Shown piece by piece: positions 28,399 to 40,200 of a stretch of 64,000 nt of DNA; the stretch's first letter is position 1, and every line of letters starts with the position of its first letter. The notes under the pieces are model-generated. The model saw only the letters and a program-made list of their open reading frames with translations, had not been told where the DNA came from and searched no databases. Source of the stretch: Candidatus Latescibacterota bacterium (lineage in GTDB: Bacteria > Latescibacterota > UBA2968 > UBA8231); assembly GCA_965217585.1 (NCBI GenBank), contig OZ244561.1, positions 2,496,001-2,560,000 on the forward strand, in the 5' to 3' direction. A program made the translations under genes and the position numbers.

Positions 28399-29877
28399 AT
28401 GGCAAACGACAGACCGCACGTCCTCCTGATTAGCACCGACCATTGGCCCGCTGCCCTTTTGGGCGAAGCCAACCATTCCGCTATCCTCACCCCCACTCTC
28501 GACTCCTTAGCCCGCAGCGGCACCCGCTTCGTCAACGCCTATAGCGAGTGCCCAGTCTGCATTCCCGCTCGCCGCACCCTGATGACGGGCACTTCGCCGC
28601 GCACCCACGGCGACCGGGTCTTCAAAACAACCGACCCCATGCCCGACCTGCCGACCGTGGCGCAGACCTTTCGCAACGCTGGCTACCAAGCGTATGCCGT
28701 TGGCAAGCTCCACGTCTATCCCCAGCGCGACCGCATTGGCTTCGACGACGTGCTGCTCGACGAAGAGGGCCGACCGCACTTGGGGGCTGTTGACGACTAC
28801 GATCTCTTTCTCGCGGACCAAGGTCATGCGGGCATGGGCTTTGCCCACGGCATGAGCAACAACGAATATTCCTTCCGCCCTTGGCACTTGCCCGAGGACT
28901 GCCACCCCACCACTTGGGCGGCGCGCCAGATGAGCCGGATGATTAAGCGGCGCAACCCGGCCAAGCCCGGCTTTTGGTACCTTTCCTTTCGCCATCCGCA
29001 CCCGCCGTTGGTGCCCCTGCAGAGCTATCTCGACCTCTATCGCGACATCGACATCGACGCGCCGCACTACGGCGCTTGGGCACGCGACTTCGATGATCTG
29101 CCCTATGCGCTCAAAGTCATTCAGGGTGCCAACGCCCACCTCAAGGGGCCGGAGGTTCTGCGCATTCGCCGCGCCTTCTACGCGCTTTGCACCCAGATTG
29201 ACCACCAACTCCGCGTAGTCATCGGCACCCTGCGCGAGGAGGGGTTGCTCGACAATACCATTATTTGTTTCACGGCTGACCACGGCGATATGCTCGGCAA
29301 CCACGGGCTGTGGGCTAAGCGGCTCTACTACGAGCAGTCGGCTAACGTGCCGATGATTTTGCTCGGAGGCCGGGACGGGCGAGTGCCGCATCATACTATA
29401 GATGATCGTCTCGTCGGCTGGCAGGACGTCATGCCGACCTTGCTCGACTTGGCGGGCATCGACATCCCCGACACAGTCGAGGGGTTATCGATGGTCGGCG
29501 AGAAACGGCGCACTTATCTCTATGGCGAATGCGGCGAAGGGCTGAATGCCTCTCGCATGATCCGCGCAGGGCAACACAAGCTGATCTACTATCCAGTGGG
29601 CAACCGCGTCCAACTCTTCGACCTCGAAAGCGATCCCAGCGAGCTGAATGACCTAGCTGGCTCACCCGATCACGCCGCACTACAGGCCCAGCTCAGCGAG
29701 CGACTCGTCGGCGAACTCTACGGCGGTGACGAAGCCTGGGTCCAAGACGATCAACTCGTCGGCCTGCCCGACCAGCAATGGTCACCCCGTCCCAACCGCA
29801 ACCTCTCCGGTCAACGCGGTCTGCACTATCCTGCGCCGCCCCAGATCGGTGGAGACCAAGTCGTGGGTGCGCCGTGA
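28399..29877 (+). CDS. Sulfatase (formylglycine-dependent, S1)
   Basis: CIPAR (CxPxR) followed by LMTG; GKLH, PHPP, DHGD. Confidence 0.92.
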   Translation: MANDRPHVLLISTDHWPAALLGEANHSAILTPTLDSLARSGTRFVNAYSECPVCIPARRTLMTGTSPRTHGDRVFKTTDPMPDLPTVAQTFRNAGYQAYAVGKLHVYPQRDRIGFDDVLLDEEGRPHLGAVDDYDLFLADQGHAGMGFAHGMSNNEYSFRPWHLPEDCHPTTWAARQMSRMIKRRNPAKPGFWYLSFRHPHPPLVPLQSYLDLYRDIDIDAPHYGAWARDFDDLPYALKVIQGANAHLKGPEVLRIRRAFYALCTQIDHQLRVVIGTLREEGLLDNTIICFTADHGDMLGNHGLWAKRLYYEQSANVPMILLGGRDGRVPHHTIDDRLVGWQDVMPTLLDLAGIDIPDTVEGLSMVGEKRRTYLYGECGEGLNASRMIRAGQHKLIYYPVGNRVQLFDLESDPSELNDLAGSPDHAALQAQLSERLVGELYGGDEAWVQDDQLVGLPDQQWSPRPNRNLSGQRGLHYPAPPQIGGDQVVGAP

Positions 29878-31319
29878 AATCGCCCAACTTTCTGTTCATC
29901 TTATCCGACCAGCACCATCGGCTCGCTAGCGGCTGCTACGGCCATCCGCTGGTGCAGACGCCCCATCTGGACTCCTTAGCCGCGCGCGGCACCCGCTTCC
30001 AGAACGCCTACACCAACTGCCCGGTCTGCGTCCCCGCCCGCGCGTCACTGGCCACTGGCCGCTACGTGCACCAGATCGGCTACTGGGACAACGGGCATCC
30101 CTATGATGGCACGCCCGTCTCCTATCACCAGCGCCTGCGCGACCAAGACCTCTGCTGCGACTCGATCGGCAAGTTGCACTTCAAGGGGCAAGGTGCAGAC
30201 CACGGATTTAGCGAGGAGATCGAGCCGTTGCACGTAGTCGATGGCGTCGGCGATGTCCTCGGCTGCATCCGCGATCGCCCGCCCTTTCGCGACAAGCACG
30301 GCGAGCTTGGGCGCGCGGGCGCGGGCGATTCGACTTATTTGCAATACGACGCCCGCTGCACCGAACACGCCTTGCGCTGGCTCGCCGAACACCGCGACGA
30401 TGCCAAGCCTTGGGTGGTTTTCCTCAATTTCGTCTGCCCGCATCCACCTTATATCGCCCCGCCGGAAATCTACGCCCGATATCCGCTCGCAGACGTGCCG
30501 CTGCCGCCGCAGTGGACGCCTGACACGTGGCCCGACCATCCGGCGCTAGACTACTTCCGCCGCTTCTTCCACTTCGACCAAGGGCACAGCGAAGAGACGG
30601 TGCGGCGTGTTGCGGCTGCGTACTACGGCACCACGACCTATCTCGACCAGCAGATCGGCCGCGTGCTCGGCGCGCTCGACGAGTACGACCTAGCGGACTC
30701 CACCCGCGTGCTCTATACCTCCGACCACGGCGAGTGTTTGGGAGCCCGAGGCATCTTCGGCAAGTTCACGCTCTACGACGAGGCCGCGGCTGTGCCGATG
30801 ATTGCGGCTGGTCCCGACGTGCCGGAGGGGAAGGTGGTGCAGACGCCTGTTTCTCTGGTGGATTGTTTTCCAACCGCGCTTGAATGCGTCGGAGCTGAGT
30901 TGATCGACGAAGACCTACCCGGCCGCTCGCTGTGGCAGATCGCGCAGGAGGGCGACCAAGAGCGCACCGTCTTCAGCGAGTATCACGCGTTGGGCACCGA
31001 GCACGGCACCTATATGTTGCGCCGTAGTCGCTACAAGTACAATTACTACGTCGGTGCGCCGCCGCAGCTTTTTGACTTGGCGGAGGATCCCAACGAGCTA
31101 AACGACCTGTCCGGCATACCAGAGCACCAGGGCCTGTTGCGAGATTGCGAAAGAGAATTGTGCGCCTTGCTCGACCCGGAAGCGGTTGACGAGCAGGCCC
31201 ATGCCAGTCAACGGGCAACCATCGAAGCGGCGGGCGGGGCCGCTGCGGTGATTCAACGCGGTGCCTTCGACCACTCGCCGACGCCCGGGGAAAAGGCCGC
31301 GTTTAGGCCGCACGAGTGA
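29874..31319 (+). CDS. Sulfatase, choline-sulfatase-like
   Basis: GTG overlaps previous TGA; PNFLFILSDQH, CVPAR, GKLH, PHPP, SDHGE. Confidence 0.92.
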   Translation: MKSPNFLFILSDQHHRLASGCYGHPLVQTPHLDSLAARGTRFQNAYTNCPVCVPARASLATGRYVHQIGYWDNGHPYDGTPVSYHQRLRDQDLCCDSIGKLHFKGQGADHGFSEEIEPLHVVDGVGDVLGCIRDRPPFRDKHGELGRAGAGDSTYLQYDARCTEHALRWLAEHRDDAKPWVVFLNFVCPHPPYIAPPEIYARYPLADVPLPPQWTPDTWPDHPALDYFRRFFHFDQGHSEETVRRVAAAYYGTTTYLDQQIGRVLGALDEYDLADSTRVLYTSDHGECLGARGIFGKFTLYDEAAAVPMIAAGPDVPEGKVVQTPVSLVDCFPTALECVGAELIDEDLPGRSLWQIAQEGDQERTVFSEYHALGTEHGTYMLRRSRYKYNYYVGAPPQLFDLAEDPNELNDLSGIPEHQGLLRDCERELCALLDPEAVDEQAHASQRATIEAAGGAAAVIQRGAFDHSPTPGEKAAFRPHE

Positions 31320-31376
31320 TGTTGAAAAGCACTCGTTTAGCACACTGATGCGCAAGCGATGAGCAGGGGCCGGTTT

Positions 31377-31408
31377 GCCCGAATGTACTGTCGGGCTTTT
31401 CTTTTTTT
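31377..31408 (+). terminator. Rho-independent terminator
   Basis: gcccga-atgtactg-tcgggc followed by ttttcttttttt. Confidence 0.65.
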
Positions 31409-32710
31409 ATGCCTGACACCCCAAGCGACACGGCAACCCCCAGTCACAGACTTTCGCTAGCAGCGCGCAGCCGCAGCCAGTCGCGGCTGATCGGCGTCGC
31501 CGTTAGCGGCTCGATCAATAACGCCCTCCTCACTTCCATCGTCCCTCTCTTTCTTCTTTCTCTCGGTGCTTCGCCCTTTCTCATCGGCTTAGTCGCCACC
31601 AGCGAGTACCTCCAGAAGATGGGGCGCGTCGTCGGGTTGCAGCTAATGCAGCGCACCGGGAAGGCCGGGGTCTTCTTTTGGGGCAGGCTCTGCTCGTTGC
31701 CGGCTGGGCTGGCACTAGCGCTGTTGGCGTTCTACGCCGCGGACGGGGCTTGGGCCGCTTGGATCGGCCTAGCCCTGTTTAGCGCGCGTGGTCTCATACA
31801 ACAAGCGGGCAACACCGCTTGGTGGCCCCTAGTCCAAGACAACACCTCTAGGGGTGGGGTCGGAGCCTTTCTCACGCGCATGCGCCTTCAGCAGCGCCTG
31901 CTCGAACTCGTCTTGCCCATCCTGATCGGCTGGCACCTCGGCTCTCAGCCCATGGCAGGCGACTTCGGCCCGCTCTTCGCTTTGGCGGTTTTCTCCACTT
32001 GCGGTGGAGCTCTCTTGGTGCGTGGGGTAGCTGAGCGGCCTCTGTCCCCACCCGGAGAAGGTCTAATTCGCCGCTTGCGCCAAGCGCTAGCTGCACCCCA
32101 GATGCGCGCGTACACCCTCTTTATTATGGCCCGCACGGCCGTGCTAGCGGCGACCTTTCCACTGTGGGTGGTGGCGCTCACGGGTGGGGGACTGCCCGTT
32201 AGCTACTTCGTCTGGATGACGCCCGTACAAGCCCTCGGCTATGTGGCTGGGCTGCATGGCTGGGGTCGGATGGTGGACCGGCACGGCAGCCGGGGCCCGC
32301 TGACCATCACCCTGTTGTTGCAAGCAGCCATGGCACCCGCTTGGCTCTTCCTTCCTACAGGACTCCCGTGGATCGCACTCTGGGCGGGGGGCGTCTATCT
32401 GCTCTGGGGTGCGCTGGACGGCGGCCACCAGATGGGGCAGTCGCGGGCGATGATCGACGCCGTTTCCAAAGAATACCAGGCAGAGGGTTTCTCCCTTGCG
32501 ATGTACGCGTCGGCGCTGGGTGGTATTGTCGGCGGCATCGCGGGTGGGGCCTGTTTCCAATGGTCTGCTGCGCTGGTTGGTCCGCGAGGACCGCTCTTTT
32601 ATTTGTGTGCGGTTCAACTCGCATTTACTGCGGCTTGGTTGCTCAGTACTCGGCTGGCCGGCTACCGAGAGCAAACTCCCGTGCGCCGCTTCTGGAGCTT
32701 GTCATCTTAA
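31409..32710 (+). CDS. MFS transporter
   Basis: About 12 TM; LGASPFLIGL, WGRMVDRHGSR motif-A variant. Confidence 0.85.
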   Translation: MPDTPSDTATPSHRLSLAARSRSQSRLIGVAVSGSINNALLTSIVPLFLLSLGASPFLIGLVATSEYLQKMGRVVGLQLMQRTGKAGVFFWGRLCSLPAGLALALLAFYAADGAWAAWIGLALFSARGLIQQAGNTAWWPLVQDNTSRGGVGAFLTRMRLQQRLLELVLPILIGWHLGSQPMAGDFGPLFALAVFSTCGGALLVRGVAERPLSPPGEGLIRRLRQALAAPQMRAYTLFIMARTAVLAATFPLWVVALTGGGLPVSYFVWMTPVQALGYVAGLHGWGRMVDRHGSRGPLTITLLLQAAMAPAWLFLPTGLPWIALWAGGVYLLWGALDGGHQMGQSRAMIDAVSKEYQAEGFSLAMYASALGGIVGGIAGGACFQWSAALVGPRGPLFYLCAVQLAFTAAWLLSTRLAGYREQTPVRRFWSLSS

Positions 32711-32780
32711 GGCCCTCGTCTTATCGTCTTATGTTGCTAATTTTTGCGTTGATTCTCACTCCTAAGATGCCCTCATAAGC

Positions 32781-33890
32781 ATGATCCATACCGCACAAGC
32801 ACTTACCGAACTCGTCGAGCACGCCCTAGACTGCGAGCGCGTTGCCCTAGACACTGAATTTGTTTGGAACCGCACCTATTATCCCAAGTTAGGCGTGATC
32901 CAATTGGCCCTCGCCGGCGACGACTGCCACCTAATTGACCCGGTGGCGATTGCGGATCTCTCGCCCCTTGGTGCCCTGTTAGAGCACGCGGAGGTCGAAC
33001 TGATTCTCCACGATGCCCAACAGGACCTGGCTATTCTGCGCCGGGTCACGGGTGCCTTTCCGCGCAACGTCTTCGACACCCGCTGCGCGGCCGGGCTTGC
33101 CAATATGAGTTCGACCTCTTCGCTGGCTGATCTCTTGGAGCAGACCCTCGGCGTAGTCCTCGACAAGACCGAGACGCTCACCAACTGGGTCCGCCGCCCT
33201 CTCTCCGAGGACCAGCTAGCTTATGCCATTGAGGACGTGCGCTATCTGCACGAGGCATGCAATGTGTTGCGGGCGCGCGTCGAGAAAATTGGTCGCAACA
33301 CTTGGCTGGCAGAGGAGATGACCGCGTACGACGATCCGCGGCTATACGAGGAGCGAGACCCACGCGAGCAATTCACTCGGGTCAAGGGCGCGGGCCAAGC
33401 TTCTGCGCGCGAGCTGGCCATTCTCCGCGAATTGGCCGCTTGGCGCGAAGAGGAAGCCCAGCGCTGCAACCGACCGCGCAATCACGTACTGACGGACGAA
33501 ACTCTCGTGTTACTAGCTCGGCGCAAGCCCCAATCGCCGGAGGAACTAGGCCGACTCCATGCATTCGGCAATCGCCGCTATGACCGCTACGTCCTCGAGC
33601 AGGTTCACCGCGGCTTGGCCGTCCCCAACGAGGAGTGCCCACCCCGGCCGCGCCGGCCGCACCTCGATAAGGAGGTCGTCGAGCGCAAACTCGCCCAATC
33701 CATGGATTACTTGCGCCGGCAAAGCAACGCGGCGCAGATTGACGCGCCTTTTGTCGCGGCCCGCGCCGAAGTGCGCAACCTAGTCCTCGACTCGGTCGCT
33801 GCCACGCCCGAGGATCATCGCCTCCTGCGCGGGTGGCGGCGCGATTTTATTGGCGAAGCCCTATACGGCATCGCTACTTGCCCTGAGTGA
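32781..33890 (+). CDS. rnd: Ribonuclease D
   Basis: ALDTEF..RTYYP.L..IQ, HDAQQD, W.RRPLS..QL.YA..DV, HRDC domain, GWRR. Confidence 0.92.
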   Translation: MIHTAQALTELVEHALDCERVALDTEFVWNRTYYPKLGVIQLALAGDDCHLIDPVAIADLSPLGALLEHAEVELILHDAQQDLAILRRVTGAFPRNVFDTRCAAGLANMSSTSSLADLLEQTLGVVLDKTETLTNWVRRPLSEDQLAYAIEDVRYLHEACNVLRARVEKIGRNTWLAEEMTAYDDPRLYEERDPREQFTRVKGAGQASARELAILRELAAWREEEAQRCNRPRNHVLTDETLVLLARRKPQSPEELGRLHAFGNRRYDRYVLEQVHRGLAVPNEECPPRPRRPHLDKEVVERKLAQSMDYLRRQSNAAQIDAPFVAARAEVRNLVLDSVAATPEDHRLLRGWRRDFIGEALYGIATCPE

Positions 33891-36800
33891 AGCGTGCCTC
33901 ATAACTGGCCCTGAGCCGGGCTGAGCCTCGCCAGATCAGACATAGCGGCACGACCAACACCACCAGTACCGATGAAGATATTAGCCCCCCTGATGTGCCC
34001 AAGGCCAAGGTGTACCAGATGTCGCCCCGGTCTCCTTGCAACAACAACGGCAAAAACCCGGCGATCGTCGTCAGAGTGGTAATGAAAATGGGGCGCAACC
34101 GCTGGAAAGCAGCGCGAGTAACCGCGTCCTGCGGAGCCGCCGGCTGTGCTCGTAACGCTCTAGAAATATGGTGTACCAGCAAGATGGAATTGTTCACGGA
34201 GATACCCATCAAAAGCAGCAGCGAAGCATATCCACCTTGGTCGAAAGAAGCGCCCGACAAGTAAAACCCGGCACCCACCCCGATCAGGGCTAGCGGCAGG
34301 GCGAGCAACACCAGCAACGGCCAAGTCCAAGACTCAAAGAGCGCCGCCGCGATCATCCAGACTAAGACGACCGAGAGCAGCACGATGAGGGCCAGTTCTC
34401 GTTCTTCCTCTTCACTGAAAACCGACATCATATAACCCCGCGACAAACTGTATCCATAGGGTATGGGCGTGTGGTCCATTATATCCTGTACCACCATTTC
34501 TGCGTAAGAGAAATCGCCCAAGATCGTAAACCCGACCTCTTTGATGTAACGCTGATTTTCTCGCTTGATCTCAGGCCGTACATAGTGCTTTTGCAAGCGG
34601 CTGACATCGCCGATGCGGGCACCCCCTTCCGCCAATAAGGCTTGATTCAAGCGGCGCAGATCGGTTCGGCGGGCCGTTGTATCGGCAACAGCCGCCATAT
34701 ACTCCCGACGGTCCACGTACAGCTTGGCGACCGGGGCCCCACCGTCGAGCCGGGTTTGTATCTGATCGGCGACCGCAGCGTGGTCAAGGCCCAGCGGGAC
34801 GGTCTTGGCGTGGTCAATCTGGGCTAGCACCTCGTAACGAGGTGGCCCGTAAGCACGGTCGATGTGAATATCCTTGATCCGCCGTGATCGCCGATCCTGC
34901 AATCGCTCGGCGATTCCGGTGGCGATTTGGCCTACCTGCCTAAAATTGTAGCCCTTTACTTCCAGTCGCCTCGACGCGCTCAAGCCACCTCCTAGCCCTC
35001 TCCCCTCCGGTTCCAGATCCTGGCCCCATATCCGAAAGCCGACGCCGCCGATGTTGTGCCCGTAAGCCGCTAGATTGTCGTATAGCACGTAGGGAACATT
35101 CGACTTTTTGTACTCTTCCTTTAGCAAAACCTGCACAAGCCCGTACCGGCCGTAGGTCTGGGTGACGATCCCCCTGATGTACGGGGAAAACAAGAGTAGC
35201 TGCTTTTCAATGCCCTGCAACAGTCCGTCCAGTCGGCTGATGTGTGCGTTGTGCGGCATTTCGAGGAAGACGATCAGCGAAAACCCTTCGGTTACTTCTC
35301 GCAAGAGGTGTCTATACGATGACTCTTCTATCCGGTGGCCAACGTCGCGGAACAGAAAGTAGGTCGCGCCGCCCAACACACTAAAGAGCGCCGGTTTAAC
35401 CACGCCCAGTAGCGGGTTGCCCCACACCGTGTTGTAGAGCTGTGTCCCCCCATCGTAGAGCCGTCCCCAAGCGGAGTCTGATCCCTCTTCCTTTTCAGGC
35501 ACCAACACTTTTCTGCCGAATGTATCTAGCGCCGCGAGACTATCCCTATCGGCGAGCCATTGTTGGTACTCTTGACGTGTCTCAATTGCACCTGTGAGCC
35601 TCCCTTTTTCCACCAACCCCCGGCGTGTTCCCACTTCGTCTGGCAAGAGCCATAGTGGGACGCCTACCATCCACGCGACCAGCCCTAGCACCCACCCTTT
35701 GCGGCGGACGCAAAAGGTGAGAACTCTGCGGTACGCCCCATAGAGGCGGCGGTCTGCTGCTGGGGATGGCGCAACCCGGCGGACGCTTAGATAAAAAAAC
35801 GTCGGAATCAGGGTGAGGGCGAAGACCAAGGCTAGGATGAGCGTCAGGCCTAACGACACTACAAAGGGCGTGAAATGTCGCTGCAATTGGGCAGAGAGGA
35901 AAAACACCGGCAGAAAAGCCCCTAAAGTGGTTAGGTTGGAAACCACTAAGGGGTACATCACCTCGCGCAGACCCTCGGCTACGGCTTCTTTTAGATCCCC
36001 TTCCGGACCGCAGTCCTCGGCGCGGCGGTGGATGTAGTCATAGACGACGATGGCGTTGTCTATGATAATCCCAAACCCTATGGTAAAACCGGCCAGGGTA
36101 ATTAGGTTCAGTGGTAGGCCGAAGAGGAAAAACAGGCTGAACGCCCCCAGCACAGAAAGCGCGACCGAGCACAGGATCAACACTGGGGTCTGGAGCCGTT
36201 TGAATACCCCGATCAGCACTAGCGCGATACACAGGACAGAGAAGGCGGACCGGCGCAGCAAGAAGTGGAGGTCGTCCTCGATGCGAGCGCCCTCGTCGTT
36301 GAGCACGACAATCTCGACCTCCTCCGGCAACTGCGCGGCGAGCGCGGCGAGCTTGGTCCGCACCCGCCGAGAGGTGCCGATCATGTCGCTACCGGCCATC
36401 TTTTCGACCTGCACGGCAATACCGTTGCGCCCGTTGATCCGGTACAGGACCTGCGGATCGCTAGACTGGTAGCGGACGGTCGCTACATCCCCCAAGTAAA
36501 GGACGCGCCCGCCCGCCATCCGCTTGAGGGGAATCCGCCTGAGCGCGTCGAGATCCTCAACGCCTCCTTGTAGCTGGATGCGGCTCAGGGTGCTGTGCGC
36601 CTTGGTCGTCCCCAAGGAGCGGGTCTGCATACCCTGCGCCGCCAACGCCGCTCGCAGTGTCCGCAGGTCAATCCCCCAGCGCTGGGCCAAGGCGTGGTCC
36701 AACTCGATGAGGATGCCTTGCTCTCTCCCTCCTTGCACCGAGACCTCTCTGACCCCGGGTACGGACAGCAGCGGGAGCCGCACCTTGTCTTCTACGAACG

Positions 36801-37272
36801 TGCGGAGCGCGGCAGGGTCCTCGCGCCCGAGCACCTGAAAAAGGATAAAGCCGCGCAAATCGCGCAGCAGATCCGGCTCAAAGCGCCGCACCACTGGATA
36901 GGAGACGCCTGGGGGCCGCTGGCGGAAGAACGAGTGGATCTTCTCGTTGAGTTCCAATTCGGCTAGCTGCAAATCGGCCGTGCGGGCAAATTCGGCAGTG
37001 ATATAGGCACTCCCGACCGAGGTGACAGAGCGCAATTCGACCACATCTGGCACTCCCCGCACCAGCGATTCCAACGGGGCCGTGAGCCGCGATTCTATCA
37101 CGACGGCCGAGGCTCCCGGCCAAGAAAGGTTCACCGTCAGCTGGGGTGCGTCGGCTTCTTCCGTAGTGTCGATGGGTATGAGGGGAAAGCAGAGCAGGCC
37201 CATGGCCAGCACAGCCGCACTGGCAACCCCTATGGCCACGGGCCGGTCCAACAATTTGTCGGCTATCCCCAC
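33874..37272 (-). CDS. RND efflux permease (AcrB/AcrD/AcrF family) with a periplasmic insertion
   Basis: GTG 37272; GIIIDNAIVV, SNLTTLGAFLP, RLRPIFITTLTT. Confidence 0.9.
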   Translation of the reverse strand: MGIADKLLDRPVAIGVASAAVLAMGLLCFPLIPIDTTEEADAPQLTVNLSWPGASAVVIESRLTAPLESLVRGVPDVVELRSVTSVGSAYITAEFARTADLQLAELELNEKIHSFFRQRPPGVSYPVVRRFEPDLLRDLRGFILFQVLGREDPAALRTFVEDKVRLPLLSVPGVREVSVQGGREQGILIELDHALAQRWGIDLRTLRAALAAQGMQTRSLGTTKAHSTLSRIQLQGGVEDLDALRRIPLKRMAGGRVLYLGDVATVRYQSSDPQVLYRINGRNGIAVQVEKMAGSDMIGTSRRVRTKLAALAAQLPEEVEIVVLNDEGARIEDDLHFLLRRSAFSVLCIALVLIGVFKRLQTPVLILCSVALSVLGAFSLFFLFGLPLNLITLAGFTIGFGIIIDNAIVVYDYIHRRAEDCGPEGDLKEAVAEGLREVMYPLVVSNLTTLGAFLPVFFLSAQLQRHFTPFVVSLGLTLILALVFALTLIPTFFYLSVRRVAPSPAADRRLYGAYRRVLTFCVRRKGWVLGLVAWMVGVPLWLLPDEVGTRRGLVEKGRLTGAIETRQEYQQWLADRDSLAALDTFGRKVLVPEKEEGSDSAWGRLYDGGTQLYNTVWGNPLLGVVKPALFSVLGGATYFLFRDVGHRIEESSYRHLLREVTEGFSLIVFLEMPHNAHISRLDGLLQGIEKQLLLFSPYIRGIVTQTYGRYGLVQVLLKEEYKKSNVPYVLYDNLAAYGHNIGGVGFRIWGQDLEPEGRGLGGGLSASRRLEVKGYNFRQVGQIATGIAERLQDRRSRRIKDIHIDRAYGPPRYEVLAQIDHAKTVPLGLDHAAVADQIQTRLDGGAPVAKLYVDRREYMAAVADTTARRTDLRRLNQALLAEGGARIGDVSRLQKHYVRPEIKRENQRYIKEVGFTILGDFSYAEMVVQDIMDHTPIPYGYSLSRGYMMSVFSEEEERELALIVLLSVVLVWMIAAALFESWTWPLLVLLALPLALIGVGAGFYLSGASFDQGGYASLLLLMGISVNNSILLVHHISRALRAQPAAPQDAVTRAAFQRLRPIFITTLTTIAGFLPLLLQGDRGDIWYTLALGTSGGLISSSVLVVLVVPLCLIWRGSARLRASYEARFTQGK

Positions 37273-37274
37273 CG

Positions 37275-40200
37275 TCAGGCTTTCTCTCGTATCACCACCG
37301 AGTAGAGGATGGGAATGACGATCAGAGTTAGCAGGGTCGCCAAGGATAGACCACCGACGATGGCCCAAGCCAGCGGGTGCCGCAACTCGGCCCCACTGCC
37401 GCTGGACAAGGCCATGGGCAGGAGGCCGCAAACCGTGGTCAGGGTGGTCATGCAAATGGGCCGGAAGCGCTTTTGTCCGGCTCCCACAATAGCGCCCCGC
37501 AGGTCGCCGTCAGAGCGGAAGCGCGTGTGGATGAAATCGACCTTGACAATCGAGTCGTTCACCACAATACCCACCAGCACAATACACCCCAACAAGGACA
37601 TGATGTTCAGGGTATTATTAGTCGCCCACAACGCGAAAACCACCCCCATGGACGCCAGCGGCACAGCCGCGACGATCACAAAGGGGACGACCAGCGATTC
37701 AAACTGGGCGGCGAGGATGCAGTACACCAAGATCACCGCCAAGGCGACCAGCACGTACAGGTTCCGGTACTGCTCCTGCATCTGTGCGTAGTGGGTTCCG
37801 ATGGCTACCCAATGCCCACTGGGAATAGTTAGGCCATCCAACAGCGCGGCAAGTTTGGTTTGGGCTTCGGCGCGATCAATGCCTTGAAGAGTAGCGGTTA
37901 TCATCGCAGTGCGGGTTTGGTCCTCGCGGTGGATTTCCTCGTAGCCTTGGCTGGGTTTTAGTCGGATGAGTTGGGAAAGGGGAACGTGGATGGTGCGGTC
38001 TTTTCTCCGCACCGGGTACTGTAGGCTCAAGATGCGCTGTGGGTCGAGCTCGTCGGAGTGCCCGGCGCGCACCCGGATGTCGATGCGATCGACAAAATCG
38101 ACGAATTGGGTTGGGGTGCTGCCTTGTACCTGTCGGTTGATGAAATCGGTGAGTTGTTCGATGCGAATGCCATAGTTTATGGCGGCATCGCGGTCGATGA
38201 CGACCTCAAAGGTCCGCTTGCCGGTTCGCAGGTCGGAAACCACGTGCGCAAAGCCGGCGGTCTGCCGCATAAAGTCTGCGATCTGTTCGCTCAGAGCCGC
38301 CAAGGTCTCTAGCTGAGGCCCGACGATCTTCACGTCGAATAGGGTCTGCTGTCTCTGAAACAACTGTTCAAAGACCGACTCTGGCTGGGCGAGCGTCAGA
38401 GTTAGCTCGCCAAAGGCCGCGAAGGCCGCTTCCAATGTTCGCTCCACCTCCGCGCTCGGCACGTCCTCGGCGAGCTCAAGGTCGAGGACCGCCTTATTCA
38501 GCCCGGGCCGATACCCCCCGGCTACGCTCTCGCGGACGATGCCCACCGATGCCAACACCGAGCGGACGCCGGCCTCTTGCCGCAGGCGGTGCTCCAGCCG
38601 GGCAACCGCCGCCGAGGTGGCCGACAAACTCGCTTCTGTAGGCAACTCCACGTGCAAGACGAGATGCCCTCGATCCACATCCGGCATAAGCTCCCGATCC
38701 AGTCGCACGGCCAGCCAGCCACTCAAGGCTAGTAACACAAACGCGGCCACCATCACCGTATAGCGGTGGCGCAGGGCACCGGCCAAGACCCGTTCATAGA
38801 GGGCAAAGAACGCGCCGAACACCTGCTGAAAAAGGTCAATGGTCCAAACCAACGGGGCCGCCAGCCGGTAGAGGGCACGGACCGGACGTCTCTTCCAGCT
38901 TCTAGAAGAGAGCATGGGCAGCAGGGTAATGGACACCAGCAGGGAAGCAGCCAGCGCCAAAGAGATGGTGACGGCCTGCTGGTAAAAGAGCGCCCCGGCC
39001 ATTCCTTTGACGTACACTAAGGGCAAAAACACGGCCATGGTGGTCAGGGTCGAGGCGGTAATGGCCAGCCCTACTTCCTCGGTGCCGCGCACGGCCGCTT
39101 CGCCGGGGGCATGGCCCAACTCGCGGTGGCGGTAGATGTTTTCCAGCACCACAATCGAGTTATCGACCAAAATCCCAATGCCCAGCGCCAGCCCGCCCAG
39201 CGACACGATGTTAAAGTGGATATCGAGGAAGTACATGCAGATGAAGGTGGTGACGATGGAAACAGGTATGGATAGGCCGACGATGAGGGGATTTTTGAAG
39301 TCTCTGAGGAAGTAGATGAGGGTGATAAAGGCGAACACGCCCCCTAGGTAGAGCGCCTCGACCACACTGTCGATGGACGCTTGGATAAACTCGGCTTGGT
39401 CAAAGACCGGTCGCACCGCAAAGTCGGGATAGTCCAGCGAGAACTGGTACAGATCGCCGTACACCTTCTTCGAGGTCTCTACCGTGTTGGCCCCGGCCTC
39501 CTTAAAAAGATACAAGGTGATGACCTCGTGGCCGTTCAAACGGGTGTACCCGCTCCGTTCCGCGTAGCCTTCCTCAATGCGAGCGACCTCCTCCAAGCGA
39601 ATCTGTTTAGGCTCCTGTCGCACGGGAATCCGGCCGATCTCCGCAAGGTTGGTAAACTCCGCCTGTATGCGCAGCGGAAACTGAGCCACGCCGTCGCGGA
39701 TGGTGCCGCCCGAATGCGTAACATTGAACTGCGCGAGACTCTGTTCCACCGCGGCAAAGCCAATGTTGTAGCGCCGACATTTCTCCACATCGAGGGATAC
39801 TTGGATTTCGCGGTCGAGACCGCCGGCCACCTGCACGTAGGCCACGCCGTCAATCTGTTCGAGGCGGCGTTTGATGACGGATTGGGCGACCTCCTTTAAC
39901 TCCATCAGGGCTTGATGGTAATCGCGCGTGGACTGGGGGTGCTCAATCCGGTCGCCGGTGACGATTAGGGTCATTACGGGTGCTGAGGAAGGGTCAAAGC
40001 GCAAGATGGTGGGGCGTCCGGCGGCTTGCGGCAGTCCGGCCCGGTCGAGACTGCTGCGGGCCTCAATGAAGCCCAAGTCCATGTCGCTGCCCCAGCGGAA
40101 CTCGACCTCGACCAACGAGAGGCCATCCTGCGAAACCGACCGCAGGCGGCGCACACTGCTGACCGAGCTGAGGGCGGCTTCAAGGGGACGAGTGACGTAT

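Noticed and set aside
31315-31346. Weak inverted repeat resembling an IS end
   Set aside because: Arms match poorly and there is no target duplication
37273-37455. N-terminal extension of the second RND gene
   Set aside because: Overlaps the upstream RND; family-like sequence starts at GTG 37272
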